NCBI GenBank assembly: GCA_965242965.1
Contig: OZ251518.1
Location: forward strand, 4,736,001-4,800,000
DNA length: 64,000 bases
Origin: Candidatus Poribacteria bacterium
GTDB lineage: Bacteria; Poribacteria; WGA-4E; WGA-3G
Direction of reading: 5' to 3'
In this document: positions 29,299 to 38,743 of the stretch, one piece after another
Position numbering within the stretch: position 1 is the stretch's first letter
Layout of the letters: every line of letters begins with the position of its first letter
Notes under the pieces: generated by a model
Seen by the model: the letters and a program-made list of their open reading frames with translations, nothing else
Told to the model about the DNA's origin: nothing
Database searches by the model: none
Translations under genes and position numbers: made by a program

Positions 29299-30696
29299 AT
29301 GCCAAAACCTCACACGAACCTCCGCGAAATTGCACTAACTTGCCTGATGTCCATCTCGCAGACGCGAGCGTCGGTAGCCGCTGTCGTTGACAAGGCGTTC
29401 CGGAAACACGCGCTCAGCGGCCGCGAACGCCGATTCGTCAACGGGCTCGTTTACGGCGTTGTCCGATGGCAGAAGCATCTCGATTGGGTGCTGAACCACT
29501 ATATCAATCCGCGGTTTCAGTTGGACACGCGGCACCGCAACATTCTCCGCCTCGGCGCGTTTCAGTTGTTACACTTGGACGGTATCCCTGCGCACGCCGC
29601 GATTTTTGAGACTGTCCAACTCGCCAAAGGGACATCGGGACAGGGAGGCTCCGCCTACAAGCAGCGCGTCAGCAAAACAGCCGGGTTCATCAACGGCGTT
29701 TTGCGTTCTGTGCAGCGCAAGGCGCACAGGTTAACCTATCCGCGGCTTGGCGACAATCCTGTTGAACATATTTCCATCTCCCAGTCCTATCCGACATGGA
29801 TGGTGAAACGGTGGCTTGAGACGCGCGGGGTTTCGTGGACGCTGGAGTTCTGCCGAGCGAGCAATCAGGTTGCGCCGCTCTCCCTACGCGTCAATTCTCT
29901 CGTTACGCGACGCGAGGAACTTCGCGAATCGCTGGCGGCAAATGGCATCGCCACGCGCCTCTCCCAGGTTGCAACCGATGGGTTAATCCTTGATAACCTT
30001 GCGTCCTCAGCGAATGAGGACGCTTTAAAGGCGTTGCTCAATCGCGAAGACATCTATGTGCAAGACGAGAGCGCGATGCTCGTCGCGCCGCTCCTCGCAC
30101 CGGCAGAGATGCAACTCATCGTTGAAGTGTGTGCCGCACCGGGCGGCAAAACGACGCACCTCGCGCACCTGATGGGCAATGCGGGAAAAATTATCGCCGT
30201 AGATGTCTCCGACAAGCGACTCGCCGTGTTGCTAAAGAACTGCACCCGGGTCGGCGCGCTTAACGTTGAAACACTGGCACTTGATGCAACCCAGGCAGAC
30301 CTCGGGTTCATCGCCAACGCCGATGCAGTGCTGATTGATGTGCCGTGTTCGGGGTTTGGCACGCTGCGGCGGCACGCAGATATCCGATGGAACAGGACCG
30401 CCGAGCACCTCCGCATGCTCCGAGAAGTGCAATTGAATCTGCTGCGCAACGCCGCAATGCATCTGAAACGTGGCGGCGTGCTAGTATACAGCACTTGTAG
30501 TATTGAACCGCAGGAAAACGAGGATATCATCCATCGGTTTCTCGCAGAGTTCCCGATGTATACGGTAGAACACGCGCGGACATTCTTACCGCATCTCCCA
30601 CCAAACGCGCTAACGCCGGAAGGTTTCGTCCAGACGTTCCCGCATGAACATGGCGTTGATGGCGCGTTCGCCGCGCGCCTCCGCAAGAATGATTGA
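29299..30696 (+). CDS. rsmB: 16S rRNA m5C967 methyltransferase (NusB-like N domain)
   Basis: LRLGAFQL, VQDE, CAAPGGKT, DVPCSG, YSTCS. Confidence 0.92.
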   Translation: MPKPHTNLREIALTCLMSISQTRASVAAVVDKAFRKHALSGRERRFVNGLVYGVVRWQKHLDWVLNHYINPRFQLDTRHRNILRLGAFQLLHLDGIPAHAAIFETVQLAKGTSGQGGSAYKQRVSKTAGFINGVLRSVQRKAHRLTYPRLGDNPVEHISISQSYPTWMVKRWLETRGVSWTLEFCRASNQVAPLSLRVNSLVTRREELRESLAANGIATRLSQVATDGLILDNLASSANEDALKALLNREDIYVQDESAMLVAPLLAPAEMQLIVEVCAAPGGKTTHLAHLMGNAGKIIAVDVSDKRLAVLLKNCTRVGALNVETLALDATQADLGFIANADAVLIDVPCSGFGTLRRHADIRWNRTAEHLRMLREVQLNLLRNAAMHLKRGGVLVYSTCSIEPQENEDIIHRFLAEFPMYTVEHARTFLPHLPPNALTPEGFVQTFPHEHGVDGAFAARLRKND

Positions 30697-31288
30697 CTTC
30701 AATCTCTACGCTATCACCGACCGGCACCGCTGCGCGCCAACCGCGTTATTAGTCGTCATTTCGGAACTGCTAGACGCAGGCGTGCGAGCCATTCAATTGC
30801 GCGAAAAGGATTTAGACGCGCGCGCGTTGTCCCAATTGGCAAAACCGATAGCCGAACGGTGCCGACGTTACGATGCCGCTCTCTTCATCAACGGAAACGT
30901 CAAAGTTGCACAGGATGTTGGGGCGGCAGGGGTTCATCTGCCTGCGTCCGTAACAGCGCGCGTCAGCGAAACCTTACAAATCGGATGTTCCATCCACAAT
31001 TTTGACGAAGCGAAAAAACGGGAAGCAGAGGGTGCCGATTTCATCACCTACAGTCCCATCTACCGCACCGCCAGCAAACCGGGATATGGTCCCGCGGTCG
31101 GCGTAGCCAACCTTGCGCGGCTCGCAAAACAGATAACGGTTCCTATCTTCGCGCTTGGCGGCGTTACGCCAGAACGGGTTGCGGCGTGCATGGAGGCGGG
31201 TGCTGCTGGCATCGCTGTGATGTCAGGCGTGATGTCTCCCACCGGCGCGGGGGAACAAGCAAGACGGTATCTCAAGGCATTGCGTTAA
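30689..31288 (+). CDS. thiE: Thiamine-phosphate synthase / TenI family
   Basis: LYAITD, IQLREK, GVHL, SPIYRTASK, ALGGV. Confidence 0.8.
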   Translation: MIDFNLYAITDRHRCAPTALLVVISELLDAGVRAIQLREKDLDARALSQLAKPIAERCRRYDAALFINGNVKVAQDVGAAGVHLPASVTARVSETLQIGCSIHNFDEAKKREAEGADFITYSPIYRTASKPGYGPAVGVANLARLAKQITVPIFALGGVTPERVAACMEAGAAGIAVMSGVMSPTGAGEQARRYLKALR

Positions 31289-31300
31289 AACATTTTTTGC

Positions 31301-31329
31301 TTGCAAACTCGCGCGTTTTGTGGTATCCT
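31301..31329 (+). promoter_or_regulatory. sigma70 promoter at the island's left edge
   Basis: TTGCAA-17-TATCCT with extended TG. Confidence 0.55.
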
Positions 31330-31342
31330 ATAATTACATGAA

Positions 31343-31795
31343 GATGTTTCATATTTCGATGCGTTCGGTAGGAGAGCCCTCCGGGTCTTGATTTCTTCCC
31401 GTAGCGCGGGGGCCTGTCCCCCGCGAGCGTTGAATTCCGCGTGCACGCACGCTGGCGAGGGACAGGCCCTCGCCCTACGGTAACGCACGCCGTTTTTTCG
31501 GACGCATCGTTTTAGGTCCTACGGACCTGAAGAGAATAAGAGACGTTTTTCCCGTAGCGCGGACAATGGCGAGGGACAGGCCCTCGCCCTACGGTGAAGT
31601 GCCGTTTTTTTTCGTAGTGCGGGGGCCTGTCCCCCGCGATCGTTGGATTGCGCGGACGATGGCGAGGGGAACCCGCTCGCAGGCGCGTGTGGAAACCTGC
31701 AAGGGCCCACTACGATGAAGGGGGGCTTTCTGCCGCCGCGGCCCCGGTAGGCGCGCCGCCCTATTGCATCGAGACCCGGAGGTCTTTCCTACGGG
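31343..31795. repeat. REP cluster beginning with a single MITE-type end
   Basis: GATGTTTCATATTTCGATG followed by multiple REPs. Confidence 0.8.
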
Positions 31796-31887
31796 ACAGG
31801 TGATTCTCCGCAAGGCACATGGGAAATTACCCATAAGGGACGGGAGTCTCTGAAAATCCGATAACCCGTAATAGGGAGGGAAAATCC

Positions 31888-32385
31888 ATGGACATGATTT
31901 CACTCACGCATCAGGTGACACCACCCGAATTTTCCGAGTTGTCGCTCCCAGCGCGAAAATTAGGCTCCGAATTGCAACACCGAGTTGACGAAGTGAACAA
32001 TCCGATATTGGAGAACCTGAACCTCGTTGACTTAGCAAAAGCCGCAAACCTGACGCACCTGCAGGCAGTCAACGCGCTACAGGAACTCAACGAAGTCGAA
32101 CTCATTTCTGTTGAAAACTACAACGGTTACAACGGGTTCGCCGGCAGAGACATGCATAACCTGAAATTGGAGTTTGACGTAATCACCTTTGTCATTTACG
32201 ACGCGCTGTGCGAAAAAGAGCAAGCGCATCAGTGGCAGGAGATTCAAACCCTTTTCAAGGACAATTCCAAGACCGGGGAAGATCTCTACAGATACCTACG
32301 CGAACACTATCATCGCGACATTGTTTACCTCGTCGAGTATTACCGCGTCTTGACGTGGGAGAAACCGCGCCGGCGCGAGTGGTAG
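31888..32385 (+). CDS. Hypothetical protein (possible HTH segment)
   Basis: GGAGG RBS; LVDLAKAANLTHLQAVNALQEL resembles a wHTH. Confidence 0.6.
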   Translation: MDMISLTHQVTPPEFSELSLPARKLGSELQHRVDEVNNPILENLNLVDLAKAANLTHLQAVNALQELNEVELISVENYNGYNGFAGRDMHNLKLEFDVITFVIYDALCEKEQAHQWQEIQTLFKDNSKTGEDLYRYLREHYHRDIVYLVEYYRVLTWEKPRRREW

Positions 32386-32410
32386 ACTTCGTCAAGGAAG
32401 GGAATCGAAA

Positions 32411-32833
32411 ATGGACATCCGAAAGATGACAGATGCCGAAGTCTATGAACGCGGGCTTGAAGTGCTTTTGAAGGAACTGGGCCCCGATGAAATGCCCCGC
32501 TTCCTCCAACAGTGCAAACCGCGCACCTACGATTACACCGCAACGCGGCAGCAATCGCTAAAAAATGAGGAACTTGACACAATTGTCAATTGTATCCGAC
32601 AGGAAGAATTGGAGAGACAAGCCGAAGAACAGGTGAAGGCACACCGCATCACCGCATGGCGCAATAACTCGGCGGAACTTACCGAACTGGAACGCTTTGA
32701 AATCGGGCATAAAGCACTTGTGGCGAAGTTGGGACTCTCCGGAACATGGACGTTTTTACGCACCATTTTGAGCACGGAAACCACGGTGATTCCGCCGATG
32801 CTAAGCCATCTCCACCCGAATCCGAGTTGGTGA
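32411..32833 (+). CDS. Antitoxin-like protein with internally duplicated domain (possible 3' frameshift)
   Basis: ERGLEVLLKELGPDEMPRFLQQ...DYT followed by EIGHKALVAKLGLSGTWTFL. Confidence 0.6.
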   Translation: MDIRKMTDAEVYERGLEVLLKELGPDEMPRFLQQCKPRTYDYTATRQQSLKNEELDTIVNCIRQEELERQAEEQVKAHRITAWRNNSAELTELERFEIGHKALVAKLGLSGTWTFLRTILSTETTVIPPMLSHLHPNPSW

Positions 32834-32932
32834 GTCCTCCACGGCAACAGGTATCCTAGCACCGCGCCGACTCTCTAAAACGGCAAACCGCGAAGATTGA
32901 GGCTGAAACGAAATCTAGCGTTCGTTTTTTCC

Positions 32933-33125
32933 TTGTAATTTTATGCATTTTATGGTATCCTATTAAGACCGGTTCGTGAACGTTCTTTCAACACTCGGAC
33001 CGGCCGAAGCGCAACTCCGCATCGGTAAGAAACGACGCGCCGCTTACCCGCGCGTCAACCCCCGCAACTCAACGATGGAGGCAGTCAACTTGCAGAAGCA
33101 GACGCTGCAACTCCGGAGAGTTTAT
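32933..33125 (+). promoter_or_regulatory. Promoter plus conserved structured leader, copy 1
   Basis: TTGTAA-17-TATCCT followed by a ~155-nt leader near-identical to 36016-36171. Confidence 0.7.
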
Positions 33126-33166
33126 GCAGCCCGTTCAGGGCACGCAATCGCTGATACAAAGAGGAA

Positions 33167-35464
33167 ATGATGCTCAAAGAGACTATCGATCACATTTTCG
33201 AGTTCACGGAAACTCTGACATCCAACGATTCTAACAAAGCCGTAACCAAGCATTTTGTCGTTTTACCTATCCTCCGCGACTTGGAATGGAACTGCGACAA
33301 TCTGGAGAACTTAGAGGTTTTTCCAGACAAAAGCACCGAAAGCGGCACCGTTGACTACGCCTTACAACACGATGGAAAATCGCGCGTATTCATTGTGGTT
33401 AAACGCTGGCCCACAGAACTCGACCCTGATGAACTTTACGATGAAACCGCCCTTTACGCTTCTCAAGAAGAGGTTGATTTTGTCGTTCTCACCAACGGCA
33501 AGACATGGGACTTCTATCTGCCTAATCTACCAGACGTTCCATGGGAAACGAGAAGGTTTTGCTCCATCGATCTTGACAACGAGAATGAGGCAGTCTCCGA
33601 TTTTCAGAAATATCTGTCCAAATCTCATGTTCTGGATGCCAGCGCAAGAGAGGCGGCAGAAGCGATTGTCAAAAAACCGGAAAAACCTACCTCCGAAGAA
33701 CTACTCCGCGATGTCCGGAAGATAATCAGGAAAATTGAGGACAAATCCACCAGCGGCGACTATATCTTCCGCGGCGAACCTGAATGCTATCCGAAAGTCT
33801 CCTCAGCTCTTTACCGCCAATACGAAGAAATTCCGATAGATGGATCCAATGTCGAAGATTTCCAAGATAAGATGCTAATCGCGGCGCAAGAGCATCTCCC
33901 CGGAACAACCAGCGACTCTGAAACCCCAGTAAGGAAACCAGACGACTCTTTTGAGACCTTAACCGAACTCCAACACTACGGGGGTAAAACGAACCTCATC
34001 GACTTTACGACCGATTCTCGTGTAGCACTTTTCTTCGCCTGCGACGGTTCGCCCGGCAAGAAGGGGAGGGTTATCCTACGGAAAAGAGGGGACAGAGAAG
34101 ATCTCGTTGAAAACCCGCGCGAACCGAGCAACCCCCTTAATCGTGTCATCGCTCAGAAGAGCATATTCGTTCGACCTCGCCAAGGCTGCGTTGAATTCAA
34201 TCAAAACAAGGATGTTGTTGAGATTCCGGCAGACCTCAAGAAGCCTATGCTGGAATACCTGCAAAAGTATCACAACATTTCTGCGAAAACTATCTATAAC
34301 GACCTGTATGGATTCATCAGAACACAGGATATCCATCTCAGGGCCTACAAAGAACTTTACAGAGGTTTTTCTGCAGCGGATAAAGATGATCTGGACAAGG
34401 CCATCCGGCACTATAACAAGGCGATAGAACTTAAACCCGATTTTTTCGGAGCCTATAACGACCGCGGTATTGCTTATGGCAAAAAGGGCGACTTTGACAG
34501 TGCTATCAAAGACCTTAACAAGGCAATTGAACTCAACCCTAATCTCGCCGAGGCGTATAACAACCGCGGCCTCTCTTACCTCCAAAAAGGCGAGATTGAT
34601 ACCGCCATTCACAACTACAGCAAGGCAATTGAACTCAACCCTAATCTCGCCGAGGCATATAACAACCTTGGCACTGCTTACCTCCAAACAGGCGAACTTG
34701 ACAACGCCATTCACAACTACAGCAAGGCAATTGAACTCAAACCCAATCGCGTCAAAGTCTATAACAACCGCGGCAAAGCCTATGCAGGAAAAGGTGAGTT
34801 TGACAACGCTATCGCAGATTTTAACAAGGCAATCAAACTCAATCCTGTTGATGCCGAAGCCTATTACAATCGTGGTAACGCTTACGCCCAAAAAGGCGAA
34901 CTTGACAACGCCATCAAAGACTTTACCAAAACAATCGAACTCAATCCCGATTTTTTCGGAACCTATAACAACCGCGGTGTTGCTCATAGCGAAAAGGGCG
35001 AATTTGACAAAGCCATCCAGAACTATGACAAGGCGATAGAACTCCATCCTGTTTACGCCGAAGCCTATTACAACCGCGGCATTGCTTATGACACAAAGGG
35101 CGAATTTGACAAAGCCATCCAGAACTATGACAAGGCGATAGAACTCCATCCCGTTTACGCCGAAGCCTATTACAACCGCGGCACTACTTACTTCCAAAAA
35201 GACGAGGTTGACAACGCTATCAAAGACTTTACCACGGCGATAGAACTCAAACCCGATTCTGCCATTGCCTATTGCAACCGCGGCGAAGCGTGGATGCACC
35301 GCCGCGAATGGGACAAAGCCAAAGCAGACCTAACCGTTGCCAAAAACATGGCTTACAATATCATCGTCTCATTTCAGAGCGATTATGAAAACGTCGCGGA
35401 CTTTGAAGAGAAAAACGGCGTTACGGTGCCACCAGACATCAAGGCAATGCTGACCCCGGCGTAG
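33167..35464 (+). CDS. HsdR_N-like (degenerate) + FRG domain + ~9-10 TPR protein
   Basis: VDYAL..IVVKR, VLTNGKTW; YIFRGE, LQHYGGKTNLIDFT, ALFFAC; repeated AYxNRG TPRs. Confidence 0.85.
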   Translation: MMLKETIDHIFEFTETLTSNDSNKAVTKHFVVLPILRDLEWNCDNLENLEVFPDKSTESGTVDYALQHDGKSRVFIVVKRWPTELDPDELYDETALYASQEEVDFVVLTNGKTWDFYLPNLPDVPWETRRFCSIDLDNENEAVSDFQKYLSKSHVLDASAREAAEAIVKKPEKPTSEELLRDVRKIIRKIEDKSTSGDYIFRGEPECYPKVSSALYRQYEEIPIDGSNVEDFQDKMLIAAQEHLPGTTSDSETPVRKPDDSFETLTELQHYGGKTNLIDFTTDSRVALFFACDGSPGKKGRVILRKRGDREDLVENPREPSNPLNRVIAQKSIFVRPRQGCVEFNQNKDVVEIPADLKKPMLEYLQKYHNISAKTIYNDLYGFIRTQDIHLRAYKELYRGFSAADKDDLDKAIRHYNKAIELKPDFFGAYNDRGIAYGKKGDFDSAIKDLNKAIELNPNLAEAYNNRGLSYLQKGEIDTAIHNYSKAIELNPNLAEAYNNLGTAYLQTGELDNAIHNYSKAIELKPNRVKVYNNRGKAYAGKGEFDNAIADFNKAIKLNPVDAEAYYNRGNAYAQKGELDNAIKDFTKTIELNPDFFGTYNNRGVAHSEKGEFDKAIQNYDKAIELHPVYAEAYYNRGIAYDTKGEFDKAIQNYDKAIELHPVYAEAYYNRGTTYFQKDEVDNAIKDFTTAIELKPDSAIAYCNRGEAWMHRREWDKAKADLTVAKNMAYNIIVSFQSDYENVADFEEKNGVTVPPDIKAMLTPA

Positions 35465-35545
35465 GTGCAACCTCCGAAATCTGTCACTTCCCGAATGCGC
35501 AACGCTTTTTTCTTGGCACAAATCGCTTCTTAAGGCTAAATTAAC

Positions 35546-35950
35546 GGGGGTGTTTCATATTTCGATGTGTTCGGTAGGAGAGCCCGCCAGGTCTTGATGT
35601 CTTCTCGGTAGGAGAGACCTCTGGTCTCGATTTTCCCGTAGGGCTTTTCTCTGCCCGTAGCGCGGGGGCCTGTCCCCCGCGATCTCCATCGTCAAGAGGG
35701 GCGTTTTAGGTCCTTAATAAAAACACGCGCGGCCCTGGCAAAGACTATTAAGGACCTAAAGGACCTTAGCGTTCTTCGCAGGCGCGCGGGCTATAGACAT
35801 TAAGGTCCTACGGACCTAAGAGAACCAGAGACGTTTTTCCCGTAGCGCGGACAATGGCGAGGGACAGGCCCTCGCCCTACGATGAAGGGGGGCAGCCCTA
35901 TTGCATCGAGACCAGGAGGTCTCTCCTACGGGGATTTATGAAACCCCCTC
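35546..35950. mobile_element. MITE-like element with REP cargo
   Basis: GGGGGTGTTTCATA...TATGAAACCCCCTC. Confidence 0.65.
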
Positions 35951-35976
35951 AAATTAACGTCATCTTCACATTTTTC

Positions 35977-36171
35977 TTGCAAAGTTTTGCATTTTATGGT
36001 ATTCTATGTTTAACACTGGTTCGTGAACGTTCGCTCAACACTCGGACCGGCCGAAGCGCAACACCGCATCGGTAAGAAACGACGCGCCGTTCGACCGCGC
36101 GTCAACACCCGTAACTCAACGATGGAGGCAGTCAACTTGCAGAAGAAGACACTGCAACTCCGGAGAGTTTA
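35977..36171 (+). promoter_or_regulatory. Promoter plus conserved structured leader, copy 2
   Basis: TTGCAA-17-TATTCT; leader paralogous to copy 1. Confidence 0.7.
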
Positions 36172-36223
36172 TTCGTATTGTCCCTATTAGGGACACATTT
36201 TTGACTATCACTGAAGAGAGAAG

Positions 36224-37585
36224 ATGAACACGCAACAACCAGACGAACTCAACCGCGTGCTGGAAAAGATCTGTGAGATAGCTGAGAAATCGGCTAGCGG
36301 TGACTACGTCTACCGCGGCGAACCTGCCTGCTATTCTAAAGTCTCCTCAACCCTCTATCGCGAATACGAGGAAGAAATTGACGAGGAGAGTTTTGAGATA
36401 GATGTCGTCCAAGAAGAAATTCTAGGCGAGGCGAGAAAGTATACCCGCGAAACAGCCGATGATTTGGAGATTTTGACAGAACTTCAACACCACGGCGGGA
36501 AAACCAACCTGATCGATTTTACGACTGACTACCTCATTGCTCTTTTCTTTTCATGTGATGGAGAGCATGCCCAAGCCGGCCGGGTTATCTTGCTAGAAAA
36601 GGAATCGGCCGACTACAAGGTCGAAAAACCGCCGAAGACGATTAATCGCGTGGAGTCCCAGAAAAGCATATTCGTGCAAGCATCCGAAGGGTTTGTTGAA
36701 CCGGACGAGGTAGTAACTGTTCCCCAAGACCTTAAGCAGGCTATGCTAAACTATCTGCGGAAGCATCACGACATCTCCACCGAAACTATCTACAACGACT
36801 TGCATGGATTTATCACGAACCGGAGTATCCATGAAAGTGCCTACACGCTGTTTCATAAAGGGATGACCTGTCAAAATCGAGGAGATTCAGCGAAAACGCG
36901 GGCAAAAAAACAGGTGTGGTATGATAAAGCCGTGGGCCATTATACCGAAGCTTTGGAACAGAAACCTGATTTTCACGAGGCCTATAACAATCGCGGTGCT
37001 GCTTACAAGGAAAAAGGTGAACTTGATAACGCGATTCAAGACTTTACCACGGTGATAAAACTCAATCCCGTTTACGCTAAAGCCTATAACAACCGCGGTG
37101 CTGCTTACCTTGAAAAAGGCGAACTTGACAGCGCTATCAATGACTTAACCACGGCGATAGAACTCAATCCTGATTACGCCACAGCCTATTACAACAGCGG
37201 CACTGCTTACCTCCAAAAAGGCGAACTTGACAACGCTATCAATGACTTAACCACGGCGATAGAACTTAAACCCGATTCTGCCAATGCCTATAACAACCGC
37301 GGTGTTGCTCATAGCGAAAAGGACGAATTTGACAAGGCCATCCAGAACTTTGACAAAGCGATCCAATTCAAACCCGATGATGCCACAGCCTATAGCAATC
37401 GCGGCAAAGTGTGGATGCATTTAGGCAAATGGAACAAAGCCAAAGCAGACCTAACCGTTGCCAAGGACAGCGGCGTGGATATCATCGCCTCCTTTCAGAT
37501 CGATTATGAAAGCGTCGCGGACTTTGAGAAGAAAAACGGCGTTACGGTGCCAGCAGACCTCGCGGTGATGCTAACCTCTGAGTAG
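36224..37585 (+). CDS. FRG domain + ~5-6 TPR protein
   Basis: YVYRGE, LQHHGGKTNLIDFT, ALFFSC, SQKSIF; TPRs. Confidence 0.85.
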   Translation: MNTQQPDELNRVLEKICEIAEKSASGDYVYRGEPACYSKVSSTLYREYEEEIDEESFEIDVVQEEILGEARKYTRETADDLEILTELQHHGGKTNLIDFTTDYLIALFFSCDGEHAQAGRVILLEKESADYKVEKPPKTINRVESQKSIFVQASEGFVEPDEVVTVPQDLKQAMLNYLRKHHDISTETIYNDLHGFITNRSIHESAYTLFHKGMTCQNRGDSAKTRAKKQVWYDKAVGHYTEALEQKPDFHEAYNNRGAAYKEKGELDNAIQDFTTVIKLNPVYAKAYNNRGAAYLEKGELDSAINDLTTAIELNPDYATAYYNSGTAYLQKGELDNAINDLTTAIELKPDSANAYNNRGVAHSEKDEFDKAIQNFDKAIQFKPDDATAYSNRGKVWMHLGKWNKAKADLTVAKDSGVDIIASFQIDYESVADFEKKNGVTVPADLAVMLTSE

Positions 37586-37630
37586 GTTCAACCTCCAAAA
37601 TCGTCTTTTCCAGATTGTTAGGATTTCTCG

Positions 37631-37751
37631 TTGCAAATTTACGCAGTTTGTGGTATCCTATCAAGGGTTCGTGAACGTTCGCTGCCGAAAGGAGCGGAGA
37701 CTTCTCGGACCCGCCAAAGTGCATTACTGCACGCGCAACGGAGGAAAGAAG
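37631..37751 (+). promoter_or_regulatory. Promoter plus diverged leader, copy 3
   Basis: TTGCAA-17-TATCCT; GGGTTCGTGAACGTTC...TCGGACCC. Confidence 0.6.
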
Positions 37752-38546
37752 ATGAACATACAACAAGACCGGATTGACACGGTGCAAGAAATCGTCACTC
37801 GCGGTTTCAATTACCTAGACCAAGGCCATCTGGACAAGGCTGTCGCGCTCTTCACTACCGTGATAGATCTTGAACCGGACCGGGCCGTAGTTTATCACTA
37901 TCGAGGCGAAGCCTACTACACTCAAGGCGCATTTGACAATGCCATCAGCGATTTTAGCAAGGCGATAGCAATTGAGTCCGACTTTGCCGAAGCCTATAGC
38001 AATCGCGGTATGGCTTACGAGGCTAAAGGTGAACTTGACCTGGCCATCCAAGACTATAATACGGGGATAAGACTGAACCCCCATGAGACATTAGCCTATT
38101 ACCATCGTGCCAGGTTCTACAGTTTCGGTGAGGAAGAGGAAATCGCACTTGACCTGGCCATCCAAGACTATAACATGGCGATAAAATTGGATCGCTATTT
38201 TGTCAACGCCTATCACAATCGCGGGCTGAGTTACTTGATGCTAGAAGACTTTGACCGAGCCGTCGAAGACTTTGACATGGCAATAAAGTTGAATCCAAAT
38301 CTCGTCAATGCCTATAAAGGTCGCGGTATGGCTTACACCTTCATGGAAAAGTTTGAGCATGCTGTCAATGACTATAGCAAGGCAATAGAACTCGATCCTG
38401 ATGATGCTGAAACCTATCGCGATCGCGGCAAAGCATGGATGCACCTTAGCAAATGGGAAAAAGCCGCAGCCGACTTGATTGCGGCCGGTGAAATCCCTCC
38501 TGAAGATGTCGTCGCTGCCTTGAGTGCTTCGGAATCTGAGTCGTAA
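37752..38546 (+). CDS. Stand-alone TPR protein (~7 repeats)
   Basis: GGAGG RBS; TPRs and the WMHL-KW cap shared with the paralogs. Confidence 0.85.
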   Translation: MNIQQDRIDTVQEIVTRGFNYLDQGHLDKAVALFTTVIDLEPDRAVVYHYRGEAYYTQGAFDNAISDFSKAIAIESDFAEAYSNRGMAYEAKGELDLAIQDYNTGIRLNPHETLAYYHRARFYSFGEEEEIALDLAIQDYNMAIKLDRYFVNAYHNRGLSYLMLEDFDRAVEDFDMAIKLNPNLVNAYKGRGMAYTFMEKFEHAVNDYSKAIELDPDDAETYRDRGKAWMHLSKWEKAAADLIAAGEIPPEDVVAALSASESES

Positions 38547-38640
38547 GACAACCTTGAAGATTCGGGAAATAGATCGGAAATGTTGACGAGGCAGTAGCCC
38601 GAAACTGGGAATGACCGATTCCGAACTCGCTCATTTTTTC

Positions 38641-38670
38641 TTGACATTACGTTGTTTTTTATGGTATACT
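38641..38670 (+). promoter_or_regulatory. Promoter of the R-M operon
   Basis: TTGACA-18-TATACT. Confidence 0.65.
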
Positions 38671-38743
38671 AATTCCATACGAAACTTACGCGAAAACCGT
38701 CTTGGATTTCCATCTGAGACGTTAACATGACGGAGTCCAACTC

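Noticed and set aside
34076-35299. 407-aa minus-strand ORF
   Set aside because: Antisense shadow of the repetitive TPR gene
33167-38546. Diversity-generating retroelement TR/VR pair
   Set aside because: No reverse transcriptase in the window, and the repeats are in-frame coding TPR units
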